In this document: piece by piece, positions 40,359 through 50,659 of the stretch
How the letters are laid out: each line of letters opens with the position of its first letter
Position numbering within the stretch: position 1 is the stretch's first letter
DNA from: an uncultured cyanobacterium
GTDB lineage: Bacteria; Cyanobacteriota; Cyanobacteriia; Cyanobacteriales; Nostocaceae
DNA length: 64,000 bases
NCBI GenBank assembly: GCA_963740315.1
Contig: CAVUDP010000001.1
Span: 352,001-416,000, forward strand
Direction: 5' to 3'
The notes under the pieces: generated by a model
Seen by the model: the letters and a program-made list of their open reading frames with translations, nothing else
What the model was told of the DNA's origin: nothing
Databases searched by the model: none
Position numbers and translations under genes: made by a program

Positions 40359-41426
40359 ATGTTAAAAGCCACTGAAATAGTGAAAACGTCTTCAACTGAA
40401 CGGTTGCTTAATCTTTGGGCACGTCGTTATACACCAGGGATATCTTCTTTATTGGTTCATTATTCATCCTGTGATGAATTATTGAAAGCAGCAACACCAT
40501 CCGGTAGAGTTGCAACGGCTAACAAGTTAAGAGAGAAAATGCTTGATGTTAATTGTCAAATGGGATGGATACAAACCAAAAATCTTTACAACTATATTCC
40601 TAATGTTTTAGATTTAACCGAGGCTAGACGCATTACAAAATTTGCCTTTCGCGTTTATAAAAAGTTAATAGAAATTTATCAACAGCAATCACCGAAAATC
40701 GAAGTAGAAAATAATACACTTTCTCAGTGGGTTATACCAGCAGTTGAAGAACTTGCGTATGCTTTAGAACCAATATTAATTGTATTTCAGGAACAGCACG
40801 TAGCATCTAAAGATTGGCGCAGCCTTGGTTTTATGACTTCGCAACTAAATTTTACCAATAAATTAATGCTCAAAAGGTTATCACCTGTCGAACAAGCATT
40901 ATTCGCTCCTTATCTGAGCTTTGTCGAAGAACAAGTCGCCATGCCTTGGCAAAGAGTTTGTGCTAATGCTGCTAACTATCAAGTAGATTCGCCGCAATTG
41001 AAGCTTGTAGAACAATTGATGCCAGCAACACCGGATATTGCTCAATCAGTTTATCATCAGCTAAATGATTTGTTACCTGATAATCGCAGCCGCAGGGGTA
41101 AATTAAGCGATCGCGGTATATCTCATTCTTGTCTGCGCGACTTAAATATGTTTCAAGCTTATATATTATTATGTTTTTTAGAACAGAGTATGACACCAAT
41201 CGAACAAGAATTAATTCCTTTGTGTGCGATGGTTGTAGAAGGAGTTGATATCAAATGGGAATTAACTCAAAAATGGTGTGAAGTTTTGGCGATTGAAATG
41301 GAAAGCCGTTTAGATTCAGAACAAAAAGATTTGTTTAAAGTTTATACTCAAGGGATGAAGCAGGCGTTTTTTAAAGAGCGTAGAAGTTTGGGTTGTAAGC
41401 AAGAAATGACAGCGGAGATTGTTTGA
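40359..41426 (+). CDS. Conserved cyanobacterial hypothetical protein; C-terminus resembles the phycobiliprotein/globin fold
   Basis: 355-aa ORF with RBS (GAGG); segment SCLRDLNMFQAYILLCFLEQSMTPIEQEL. Confidence 0.8.
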   Translation: MLKATEIVKTSSTERLLNLWARRYTPGISSLLVHYSSCDELLKAATPSGRVATANKLREKMLDVNCQMGWIQTKNLYNYIPNVLDLTEARRITKFAFRVYKKLIEIYQQQSPKIEVENNTLSQWVIPAVEELAYALEPILIVFQEQHVASKDWRSLGFMTSQLNFTNKLMLKRLSPVEQALFAPYLSFVEEQVAMPWQRVCANAANYQVDSPQLKLVEQLMPATPDIAQSVYHQLNDLLPDNRSRRGKLSDRGISHSCLRDLNMFQAYILLCFLEQSMTPIEQELIPLCAMVVEGVDIKWELTQKWCEVLAIEMESRLDSEQKDLFKVYTQGMKQAFFKERRSLGCKQEMTAEIV

Positions 41427-41780
41427 TATCCTCAACTTTTTTTAATAGATTAATAATTTAATTTTGAAAACCGTGATTGCAATTAATAAAAAGCCTTACG
41501 GGTTCATTCAAACTAGATTGAAGCATAGCTTGCTGACAAAACTTGATGGAGTTTTGTTTGTCTAGCCCCAATCCTGGTATAGGAAAAAGTAGCATAGTCA
41601 GCGATAATAGTTAATATGCGTCTAATCGCAAAAAAAGTACTCTGCGCGGAATTTTGACTAATTGAAGTCCAGAGCGCAAAAAATCTAAACAAGTTTTGTG
41701 TCAAGAATCTAACACCAATACTGTACATTGGTTGTAGAGAATATTGATTTTAAAAACTGACTGTCTAAGAGAAAAGAAAA

Positions 41781-41969
41781 ATGACCATCATATTCCAAAT
41801 CGCTTTATTAGCTCTAGTTGCTTTGTCATTCGTTATGATCGTTGGCGTACCCGTTGCTTACGCGACTCCTCAAACTTGGGTTGAATCTAAAAGATTCCTT
41901 TGGATTGGCTCTGGGGTTTGGTTTGCGTTGGTAGTAGTAGTTGGAATTTTAAACTTTTTCGTAGTTTAA
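41781..41969 (+). CDS. psbZ: Photosystem II reaction centre protein Z
   Basis: [33 protein letters not shown]...LNFFVV. Confidence 0.97.
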   Translation: MTIIFQIALLALVALSFVMIVGVPVAYATPQTWVESKRFLWIGSGVWFALVVVVGILNFFVV

Positions 41970-42358
41970 GCGACTGCTTAAACCATACGCTGACGAACGA
42001 GCATAGGGGCAGAGGAATACTCCACGGATAAGAAAGCTGAGATTGTTTTATCTCTCTGTTTCTTGTACGAGCAGGTAATCCTCTGCTTCTGCTATTTGGA
42101 GAAGGCGAGTTAACAGTGAGCATTGAACAGTAAACAGTTAGCAGTGAGATTTAAATTAACTAACAGACCATTGTATTATCTTTTAACTTCTTAACTTATT
42201 CTGTAAAAGTTGTTATTAATACGAATAATCGCGGAAATGTCTATTAAAACTAAGACATACAAATCATCAAGGAAAATTATAAGCTACTGTTTACTGGTAA
42301 CTGATAACTGATAACTAGTCACTGATTAAAGAAGTATATTTATATTAAAGAGGCAACT

Positions 42359-42940
42359 ATGGCAGTTTTCGAGGGAAGTTTTACTCAAACAGAACCCCTA
42401 CGTTTTGCATTAGTAATTGGTAGATTTAATGATTTAGTAACCACCAAGCTGGTGGAAGGGTGCCAAGATTGTTTAAAGCGCCACGGTATTGATACTAATC
42501 CCCACGGCTCTCAAGTAGATTACGTTTGGGTACCTGGAAGCTTTGAAGTTCCCTTAGTAGCGCGACAATTAGCACTTACAGGCAATTACGATGCGATAAT
42601 CTGCTTGGGTGCAGTAATTAAAGGGCAAACACCCCATTTTGATTACGTATCGGCAGAAGTCGCCAAAGGAATTTCCGCAGCAGCTTTTCAGACGGGAGTA
42701 CCAGTAATATTTGGTGTTTTGACAGCCGACACCATGCAGCAAGCTTTAGAAAGAGCCGGAATAAAAAGCAATCATGGTTGGGATTACGCAATGAATGCCT
42801 TAGAAATGGCTAGTCTCATGCGCCAATTACGTCCCAACATTGGGCAAAAGCAATATGGAGCAAACGGCGGCACCTTAACAGGTTCCCTCAAAAGCGCAAG
42901 CTTAAACAACCTACCCGCACAATCGGAAGAAAAAGCTTAA
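42359..42940 (+). CDS. ribH: 6,7-dimethyl-8-ribityllumazine synthase
   Basis: [35 protein letters not shown]. Confidence 0.97.
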   Translation: MAVFEGSFTQTEPLRFALVIGRFNDLVTTKLVEGCQDCLKRHGIDTNPHGSQVDYVWVPGSFEVPLVARQLALTGNYDAIICLGAVIKGQTPHFDYVSAEVAKGISAAAFQTGVPVIFGVLTADTMQQALERAGIKSNHGWDYAMNALEMASLMRQLRPNIGQKQYGANGGTLTGSLKSASLNNLPAQSEEKA

Positions 42941-43066
42941 GGATTGGGGATTGGGAATGGGTAATGGGGAATAGTTAGGAGTAATTAAGGTTAAAGGTCT
43001 GCATGTTAAAATTCTTTTTATCTCCTTGTCCCCTCTTCCCCCTCTCCCCATCTTCCAAAAAAGGGG

Positions 43067-43095
43067 TTGACAAACTTGAATCAATGTGGGATATT
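43067..43095 (+). promoter_or_regulatory. Sigma70 promoter of tRNA-Gly
   Basis: TTGACA-N17-GATATT, 18 nt before the tRNA. Confidence 0.7.
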
Positions 43096-43113
43096 GATAT
43101 TTAGCAATAAAAT

Positions 43114-43185
43114 GCGGGTGTAGCTCAGTGGTAGAGCGTCACCTTGCCAAGGTGAATGTCGCGCGTTCGAATCGCGTCACCCGCT
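43114..43185 (+). tRNA. trnG: tRNA-Gly (GCC)
   Basis: GCGGGTG acceptor pairs with CACCCGC; D arm GCTC/GAGC; anticodon loop TTGCCAA; GTTCGAAT T loop; no encoded CCA. Confidence 0.97.
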
Positions 43186-43592
43186 TAAAAAAAATTAATA
43201 GTTTTAATCAATGCAGGAAATTAATTCTTCTGCATTTTTTAATTTGTTTTTGAAGGTTTTCGTGGTTCAGATATAAGAAATGTACGATCCTCTTTAAATC
43301 GGATGCACTACATTATATGGTGGTAAAAGCAAAACGCGAATGCGAGGGCAACATTGCTTGTAGGTAAAATGTTTAAATTTAATTGTTAATTAATCAAAAA
43401 TATGTATATAGAAAGAGTAATGCAAACGAGGGTTGATGATATAAAGAAATTTTAGTGGATAAACTGTTTATCCTTTTAAATTATTTATGATGGGATAATT
43501 CTGTATCACACAGTGTCCTCTGAATTGTAAATTAAAGGGAATATATAAAAAGATTCCTATTAATAAAGCTTAACTCTAAAAGAGCCGTTGTT

Positions 43593-44000
43593 GTGCAACC
43601 ACAAAAGCCTGAAAAAATCGACTTTAATAACGAATACCCGTGTCCCTGTCGCCGTCGGGGACGCTTAATTCCGATTACTCTGACAGAAGCCTTCGGTTGC
43701 GATCGCTGTCAACAAATATTCGTGGTGGAAGAAAATGCTCGCGTTTTAGAGCAACTTTCTACTACTTATCCTTACAAACGAGCTTGGCGCTGGACGGGTT
43801 CTGGCTGGAAAGTTGTCCATCCGCGTCTGGGAGAAAGTTATTTACCAGTAGCGCTAGGTATTATTTTCGTGCTAGTGATTATATGGTTGCCATTAGCATT
43901 GCGTTTGGCTAGTGGTTCTGGCATTATTGCCTGGGCACTGGTAGCAGTACTATTGGCTATACTGCCAGCACTTATGGTTTGGCTCACCTACAGACGTTAA
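43593..44000 (+). CDS. Conserved hypothetical protein (Cys-rich N-terminus, two C-terminal TMs)
   Basis: YPCPCRRRG.L.PI.LTEAFGC.RCQQIF. Confidence 0.8.
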   Translation: MQPQKPEKIDFNNEYPCPCRRRGRLIPITLTEAFGCDRCQQIFVVEENARVLEQLSTTYPYKRAWRWTGSGWKVVHPRLGESYLPVALGIIFVLVIIWLPLALRLASGSGIIAWALVAVLLAILPALMVWLTYRR

Positions 44001-44017
44001 TGCGCTGATTATTTACT

Positions 44018-45280
44018 GTGGATGCTTTTACTGAGAACCCCCAACCAATTGCGATCGCTAAACGCGCCCACGGTGCTGCTCTAAAATTGGGCATCACTAA
44101 AGGAGCGGAGCGCAGTCGCGCTTTAATGGCGATGGCTGAGGCATTAGAACGCTCGTTTGACGATATTTTAGAAGCAAATACCCTGGATCTGGAAGCTTGT
44201 CGGGAAATGGCGGTACCAGATTTAGTTTTGGATTGGCTAAAGTTAACTCCGGAACGTTTAGATTCAGCGGTGAAAATTCTGCACCGATTAGAGGAGTTAT
44301 CAGATCCACTGCGGCGAATGAGAACTGCTGATTACCAAATAGGTGAAGAACAAAGTTATTCTCAATCAACGCCTTTGGGGGTAATTGCCTTTATTTATGA
44401 AGCGTTGCCAGAACTAGGAGCTATTGCGGCGGGTTTATGTATCAAAAGCGGTAACAGTATTATTCTTAAAGGAAGTACGGAAGCAAGCCATTCTAATGCG
44501 GCAATTGCGGAAGTATTACAAATTGCTGTTGCAGAAGCTGGATTACCTTTAGGCTCTATAGAATTAGTTACGGCAGAGCAAGGTACGACAATTCGCGATT
44601 TGGTTATTCAAGAGCAGTATTTAAATTTAGTGATTCCCTACGGACGTACTAGTTTAATACAGCAGGTAGTACGGCAATCTACAGCACCAGTCTTGAAATC
44701 GGCTATGGGTAATTGTTATCTATATTGGTCGCCGAATGGTAACTTAGTAGATATGGTGCGCTGGATGATTATTGAGAGCCATGCAAGTTCCCCAGACCCG
44801 GTAAATGCGATTGAAAAGGTATTAATTAATCGGCAGACTTTATCTTCTTCGTTGGGTACTTTGTTAAAAAGCTTGCAGGAAAAAGGCTTTATGTTAAGGG
44901 GAGATGCCGAACTCAGAGAATCATTTCCTCAATTGGAACCAGTCCAAAATACGGAATGGGAAAGCGCTTATTTTACGAAGACAGTTACGTTTAAACTCGT
45001 AGATAATTTGGATACGGCAATTATTTGGATTAATCGATATAGTAGCGGGCACGCTGACTGCATTGTTACTGAGTCTTACCAAGAAAGTAGGCAGTTCGCT
45101 CTGGGTGTAAACAGCGCTTCTACATATATTAATGCTTCCCCGCGTTTTAGCCGGAATCCATTATGGGGAGATGCGGTATTTTTAGGAATGTCCAATCAAA
45201 AAGGGCATCGTAGGGGATTAATTGGTTTAGAAAGTTTGACTACACTCAAGCATATTGTTCAAGGGAACGGAAGGTTTTGA
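44018..45280 (+). CDS. proA: Gamma-glutamyl phosphate reductase-like protein (atypical ProA paralogue)
   Basis: PLGVIAFIYE, IKSGN.IILKG..EA.HSN, IN.YSSGH.D.I, RG.IGLE.LTT.K. Confidence 0.85.
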   Translation: MDAFTENPQPIAIAKRAHGAALKLGITKGAERSRALMAMAEALERSFDDILEANTLDLEACREMAVPDLVLDWLKLTPERLDSAVKILHRLEELSDPLRRMRTADYQIGEEQSYSQSTPLGVIAFIYEALPELGAIAAGLCIKSGNSIILKGSTEASHSNAAIAEVLQIAVAEAGLPLGSIELVTAEQGTTIRDLVIQEQYLNLVIPYGRTSLIQQVVRQSTAPVLKSAMGNCYLYWSPNGNLVDMVRWMIIESHASSPDPVNAIEKVLINRQTLSSSLGTLLKSLQEKGFMLRGDAELRESFPQLEPVQNTEWESAYFTKTVTFKLVDNLDTAIIWINRYSSGHADCIVTESYQESRQFALGVNSASTYINASPRFSRNPLWGDAVFLGMSNQKGHRRGLIGLESLTTLKHIVQGNGRF

Positions 45281-45291
45281 GATTAAAATTT

Positions 45292-45326
45292 GAAACCCCC
45301 ATTCCCTGTTGCGGGTAGGGGGTTTC
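45292..45326. terminator. Hairpin between convergent proA and desD
   Basis: GAAACCCCC...GGGGGTTTC. Confidence 0.6.
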
Positions 45327-45408
45327 GGTTTCCGAGAGTTTGAAAACATAATATTCAAACATCCTTCCACAGAAGCATGGAAGGTTTATTAGTCATGCTT
45401 GTTAACGG

Positions 45409-46512
45409 TTAAGATAAAGCAATCCTCTGAGGTTTCGTTCCCATTGTTTTCAACCAACGATAGTTAGCAGCTAATGCTCCTCCGAAGGTTTGATAAACTT
45501 TATATTCCACACCAAATTCTGCACATACTTCTGCTAGTATTGGTGCTATTTTTGGATAGTGGATATGACAAGTTTGGGGAAATAAATGGTGAACGGCTTG
45601 ATAGTTCAATCCACCTAAATACCAGTTTAAAATTGGATTCTGAGGTGCAAAGTCAACACTAGTTTTGACTTGATGGATTGCCCATTCATCCTCAATATTA
45701 TTTGATTCGGGATTTGGTTCTGGAAATTCTTGTTCCTCCCCTACATGAGCAAGAATGAAAACTACTCCAGCTACCAAACCAGCAGTCATGTAACTAATCA
45801 AGACTCCTAAAATTGTCTGTAAGGGTGTATATCCTAATATAATTGGTACTGCTAAAAATAACATAATCCAAACAAGTTTAAATCCAAACAAAACAAACAA
45901 GTCAGAGGCTTTTGTTTTTGGAAGGTTATACTCGTGGCATTGGCGCTTTCTTAGAATCATATCTACATCTGATACAGACCAGTATAGGGGCATCATGGCA
46001 TGCAAAAACCAAATATATAAATGTTGGAATTTGTGATGGGATTGATGCTCTATTGGCGTACATAAACGAACTAATCCATCCCAATTTAGATCGTAGTCAT
46101 GCCCTACAATGTTTGTATGAGTATGATGTAGAAAATTATGGCGAAATTTCCATAAATAACTTGAGATTCCGACAACCAAGTCGTAACTCAAACCCAAGAT
46201 ATTATTAACATTTCGATTGCTAGAATAACCTCCATGATTGGCATCATGCCCGACATTAAATGCACAAGCTGCTATTGCTAAACCTAAAACAAAACAACTC
46301 AGTACTTTCATCCACATTATTGGTGGACCAAAAAGAGTAAATATGTAGGCGGAAATAACCCATCCTAAGATAATTGCTGTCTTAAAGTACATTGCCGGAT
46401 TATCGCGGGGGGAAATATTTACAGATTTGAAATAAGCATCAACACGTTTATTCAACTCTTTTCTAAAACCAATGTTTTGAGCAAAAGTAACTTTTGTTTG
46501 TGTCTTGAGCAT
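45409..46512 (-). CDS. desD: Delta-6 (front-end) acyl-lipid desaturase
   Basis: FNVGHDANHG, HNFLHH, GGLNYQAVHHLFP boxes; N-terminus like Synechocystis DesD. Confidence 0.85.
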   Translation of the reverse strand: MLKTQTKVTFAQNIGFRKELNKRVDAYFKSVNISPRDNPAMYFKTAIILGWVISAYIFTLFGPPIMWMKVLSCFVLGLAIAACAFNVGHDANHGGYSSNRNVNNILGLSYDLVVGISSYLWKFRHNFLHHTHTNIVGHDYDLNWDGLVRLCTPIEHQSHHKFQHLYIWFLHAMMPLYWSVSDVDMILRKRQCHEYNLPKTKASDLFVLFGFKLVWIMLFLAVPIILGYTPLQTILGVLISYMTAGLVAGVVFILAHVGEEQEFPEPNPESNNIEDEWAIHQVKTSVDFAPQNPILNWYLGGLNYQAVHHLFPQTCHIHYPKIAPILAEVCAEFGVEYKVYQTFGGALAANYRWLKTMGTKPQRIALS

Positions 46513-47113
46513 GAAAGATGTTAATTATAGAATGTGAATCTTGAATATCATTTACCAATACATATTAATTATGTGGTAAGTAATTTATTAGGCTTGCATA
46601 TAATCCATCTATATGCAGTGTGAATATACAATTTAGTTATACATAATTAAAATGCAGACTCATTGTACTTCATTACCGAAGCTAATGAAAACATTTATGG
46701 GAATTTTTGTTTTTCCTAATATTATATTACTTTCAACCCGATCGCCTTATTAAAACCCGATCAAATTTTTGCAACACAGAAGTTTTAAGTTAAAACGATA
46801 ATTACATTCATCGGTTTATAAAATCAAATTACAAACTCAGTGCTAATTTAAGATTTCAAATCGGAAAACGCGATTTGGGAAAGCAGCCCAAACTATCTTA
46901 ATAATGATTTTGATCGATCGCAAGTTAAGTCTCTTTTTTTTACTTGACAATAATAAAATAAACCTTGTCTCAAACAACCTGCTTGATTATTAACTAAATT
47001 AACTAAATTAACTAATAAAAATTGGAGATTTTGAGAAATAGAGAAACCTGGTCAAAAAACCAGGCTTCTTCCCAGTCATGCATCAATTGACTAATGATGA
47101 ATAGACTTATTAC

Positions 47114-48181
47114 TTATTTCAGATGAGATGTGTAATAAACCTTTCTGCCTTCATTTGGAACAAAATGACATTTTCTGTAAGAGTTCCAAAGCGAAGTTAA
47201 AATTGGCTCTTCAGTTTTATGGAAATATTCACCTAAAACTGGTTTAATCGCTTCAGTTGCTTTCTTCAAATTGTAGTGAGGAATGTTTAAGAAAATGTGG
47301 TGAGCAACATGAGTACCGATGTCGTGGTGGATATGATTAATAAAACCATAATCGCGATCGACACTAGAAAGAGCGCCTTTAAGAAAAGTCCATTCGTCAC
47401 CGCGATACCAAGGAATATCTGGCTCGGTGTGATGTAAAAATGTGACCAAATCCAACCAAATCACAAATACAATGTAAGGTCCGGCATAGTATTTAATAAA
47501 CCACATGAAACCCCATTCATAGGTTAAGAAAGCCAGTAAACCAACCATTGAAATCCAAAGTACGGTGCTGGTAATTACATCCCATTTTTCCGAAGGTTTA
47601 AATAAGGGGCTGCTAGGTGAAAAGTGAGAACCAGTTTTACCGGGAGAACGCTGAAATAAATATACCGGATAAGCCAGTAAAAACAGGTAGTGTCTGCCGA
47701 TTTTTTGTACCAAAGGCATTTCGTTGTAAGCTGATTCCGATATCGGATACCAACTTTCATCATTTTCCAAACTACCAGTATTTTTATGGTGTGTTCGGTG
47801 ACTAATCCGCCATCCGTGATAGGGAACAAGTATCGGTGTATGAGATAAATGTCCGATTAAATCATTCAACCATTTGTGGCGAGAAAATGATTGATGTCCG
47901 CAGTCATGTCCAACTACAAATAAAGCCCAGAACATAGTTCCTTGCATTACCCAGAAAATGGGAAAGAATAACCATGAATCTAGCTTGTAAGCTAAAGCAT
48001 AAAGTCCAGCAATGATTAGAATGTCGCGAACAAAGAAAAACAGAGATTTTCCTACTTGAGGCTGAAAACATTCTGCTGGAATTGCTGCTTTGACATCGCC
48101 AAGAGTAAAAGGTAGCTGGGTTGTTTCCTCTGACGATCCATCATGAGGATTATTACCTGTGTTAACTGTAGAAGTTTGCAC
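47114..48181 (-). CDS. desB: Omega-3 (delta-15) acyl-lipid desaturase
   Basis: GTMFWALFVVGHDCGH, WRISHRTHH, HHDIGTHVAHH; GTG start at 48181 preferred. Confidence 0.94.
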   Translation of the reverse strand: MQTSTVNTGNNPHDGSSEETTQLPFTLGDVKAAIPAECFQPQVGKSLFFFVRDILIIAGLYALAYKLDSWLFFPIFWVMQGTMFWALFVVGHDCGHQSFSRHKWLNDLIGHLSHTPILVPYHGWRISHRTHHKNTGSLENDESWYPISESAYNEMPLVQKIGRHYLFLLAYPVYLFQRSPGKTGSHFSPSSPLFKPSEKWDVITSTVLWISMVGLLAFLTYEWGFMWFIKYYAGPYIVFVIWLDLVTFLHHTEPDIPWYRGDEWTFLKGALSSVDRDYGFINHIHHDIGTHVAHHIFLNIPHYNLKKATEAIKPVLGEYFHKTEEPILTSLWNSYRKCHFVPNEGRKVYYTSHLK

Positions 48182-48370
48182 GCTTGTTACGTTACCAGAT
48201 ATAAAGTGAATGTTGAGTAAATGAAAGTCAGTAAAATCAGGCATGACGAAACTTTAGCCATGCGCTAAAAAATAGTCTTTTACCTTTATCACGACTAATT
48301 GAGTTATTTCTAACCCCCAATCAAAATTATTTTGGGGGGTTAAAGATGTAAGTAAACGAATCAGAATTTA

Positions 48371-49429
48371 TTATCGTTGTGCGTAATATTCCTTGAAGGA
48401 AATATACTTGTTTTCTGAAGTATATAAATGACATCTGTCGGTAATATACTTCATCAAAGATACAGAGAACGTACATTCATCGCGTACATAACTTCCCCAA
48501 TTTTCTTGCAAGCTTTTATAAGCAAAACGCAAATTGTAAGAAGGAATCGCAGTAGAAATGTGATGCGGTACGTGTACGTTGATATCGTGACACAGGAATT
48601 CTACCCAGCGGGGGTAATTGCAGTGAACTGTACCGGATAGCTGTGCTGTAACTGCATTCCATTCGTCTTCTGGTACAAAAGAAATATCGGGAGCAGTGTG
48701 GTGGATATAAGTAAAAGTACTCATCCAGAAATGGTACACCATCCAAGGAATAAACCAGAACTTGATAAATCCCCAAATACCAGTTGTAGCAATCAGCGTG
48801 GGGAAGCATACAGCCGCAAAACCCACTACTACAGCTACAGAAAGCTTAATCGCAGGTTGGTCTTTTTTACGATACTCAGACCAATTAAAATGATGCATTG
48901 CCCAATGTACGATTGAGCCTATCCACCATAAACGGTTGAATAAAAATCTTTTAAAAGCCCACTTCAACGCTATTCCACTATTCTCATAAATATCTATACC
49001 TACGGGCTGCCAAGCATTATCTACTTTTAGCTTATTAGTATGAGTGTGGTGATAATTGTGCTTTATCCGCCAACCGTGGAAAGGGTAAATTAACGGCATC
49101 ATAAATAAATGTCCCACTAGATCGTTCACCCAAATGCGTTTGGCAAATGAACGATGAGCGCAATCATGTCCAATCACAAAAAATCCTGTAGCAGCAGTAC
49201 CCGTGTATATCCACGCTAAGGGTAAAAGATACCAAGGTGCGATCGCCAAAAAAAAGTAGCCTAAGATAACTGCTAAAACACTGCTAATTGCACTAAACCA
49301 AGCTTTTCGAGCATCTTGTTCAAAACACTCTTGAGGAAGGCTTTTTACCACGTCTGTCAGCTTTAGTTCGGAGTCAGAGAGCGGTTTCGGCTGTGAATTA
49401 TTCTGTGTGTTTACTGCTGATGTTGTCAT
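48371..49429 (-). CDS. desA: Delta-12 acyl-lipid desaturase
   Basis: GHDCAH, WRIKHNYHH, HDINVHVPHH, IPSYNLR. Confidence 0.94.
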   Translation of the reverse strand: MTTSAVNTQNNSQPKPLSDSELKLTDVVKSLPQECFEQDARKAWFSAISSVLAVILGYFFLAIAPWYLLPLAWIYTGTAATGFFVIGHDCAHRSFAKRIWVNDLVGHLFMMPLIYPFHGWRIKHNYHHTHTNKLKVDNAWQPVGIDIYENSGIALKWAFKRFLFNRLWWIGSIVHWAMHHFNWSEYRKKDQPAIKLSVAVVVGFAAVCFPTLIATTGIWGFIKFWFIPWMVYHFWMSTFTYIHHTAPDISFVPEDEWNAVTAQLSGTVHCNYPRWVEFLCHDINVHVPHHISTAIPSYNLRFAYKSLQENWGSYVRDECTFSVSLMKYITDRCHLYTSENKYISFKEYYAQR

Positions 49430-49699
49430 GGATGAATTTTATAAATAAAAAAATTCCGCATACAAGCAACTAGCATAGTCGCTTTTTGCGAAGTTTCGTA
49501 ACGTTCGCGCTTAGGATTATATCAAGTAATTAGCACCATGTAATTAGAGAAAAATCTATTTTTTCGGTAAAACAAGCGATACCCCCACTTATTTCTTGAG
49601 TAAGAATCCGTAAGCGGGGGTAAATAACATTTATTTAATTTAGCTGTGGGAAAGGCACTCTTGGTAATTACACTTGATACCTTTGACCCTTGACCTATA

Positions 49700-50521
49700 T
49701 TACTGCTCCACGGGCGCAAGTTTGACATTTGTAGCCAAACCCAAGAATTGCAGTACTCGAATAGTCATCCAGGTAAAGTCTATTTCCCACCATTTCAACC
49801 CGTGACGGGCAGAGTATTGAAAAGCGTGGTGATTATTGTGCCAGCCTTCACCATATGTGAGCAAAGCTACCCACCAGCAATTTGTAGAGCGATCGCCTGC
49901 ATCGTAGGTTTGATAGCCAAATTTATGAGTTGCACTATTGACAAACCAGGTACAGTGCCATACAAAAATAAGACGAACAAAAACACCCCAAACGACAAAA
50001 GACCAGCCACCCCAAAGTAATAGCAGTCCACCCAGAGCGAACTGGATTGGTAGCATATACTTTTCTAAAAACTGATAAAATGGGTCATCTTTGATGTCTT
50101 TAGTAAAGCGGGGAACATCAGCAAAAGCTGGAGAATGGTAAAACATCCAACGTAAATGACTCCAGAAAAAACCTTTATTGGAATCATGTGGATCTAACTC
50201 TTGATCGGAATGTAAATGGTGTATGCGATGCATTCCAACCCATGCAATTGGTCCTCCCTGACAAGCAAGAGTCCCGCAAAATGCTAAGAAATACTCCAGC
50301 CACTTAGGGGTTTGAAAACTGCGATGAGTTATGAGACGGTGAAATCCTAGAGTAATACCCAAGCCTCCAGTCACCCAGTACAAAAGTAAGGCTACGCCGA
50401 CAGCTTTCCAGCTAAAAAAAGCGGGGAATAGGGCAAGTAAAATTCCAAAATGTAAACCGACGAAAAATGTAATGTGCAGCCAATTTAATGGACCTCTAGT
50501 TGTTGATGTAGCAATTGTCAT
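49700..50521 (-). CDS. desC: Delta-9 acyl-lipid desaturase
   Basis: GFHRLITHRSF, HRIHH, GEGWHNNHH; start MTIATS at 50521. Confidence 0.95.
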   Translation of the reverse strand: MTIATSTTRGPLNWLHITFFVGLHFGILLALFPAFFSWKAVGVALLLYWVTGGLGITLGFHRLITHRSFQTPKWLEYFLAFCGTLACQGGPIAWVGMHRIHHLHSDQELDPHDSNKGFFWSHLRWMFYHSPAFADVPRFTKDIKDDPFYQFLEKYMLPIQFALGGLLLLWGGWSFVVWGVFVRLIFVWHCTWFVNSATHKFGYQTYDAGDRSTNCWWVALLTYGEGWHNNHHAFQYSARHGLKWWEIDFTWMTIRVLQFLGLATNVKLAPVEQ

Positions 50522-50659
50522 GCGGTAACCTGAATAGAATTGTTTAGCCTTATCTGCGCGTCCGTTGTGCCCGATCGAGGGCTTTTGCGTAGTTGTCACG
50601 CAAAGCGTAGCGCCAATAGCGCCACAAATCCGCATAGTTTTTGGAAAACGGTCTTAGTA

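Noticed and set aside
42000..42358. FMN riboswitch upstream of ribH
   Set aside because: Conserved RFN sequence motifs were not found; only a generic long hairpin and STRRs are present.
43114..43600. tRNA-Gly as the integration site of an island
   Set aside because: No integrase, and no duplicated tRNA 3' end seen in the window.
50522..50659. Overlapping N-terminal extensions of desC and the PLP enzyme
   Set aside because: Artefact of the longest-ORF rule; family-typical starts at 50521 and 50660 leave a normal divergent spacer.
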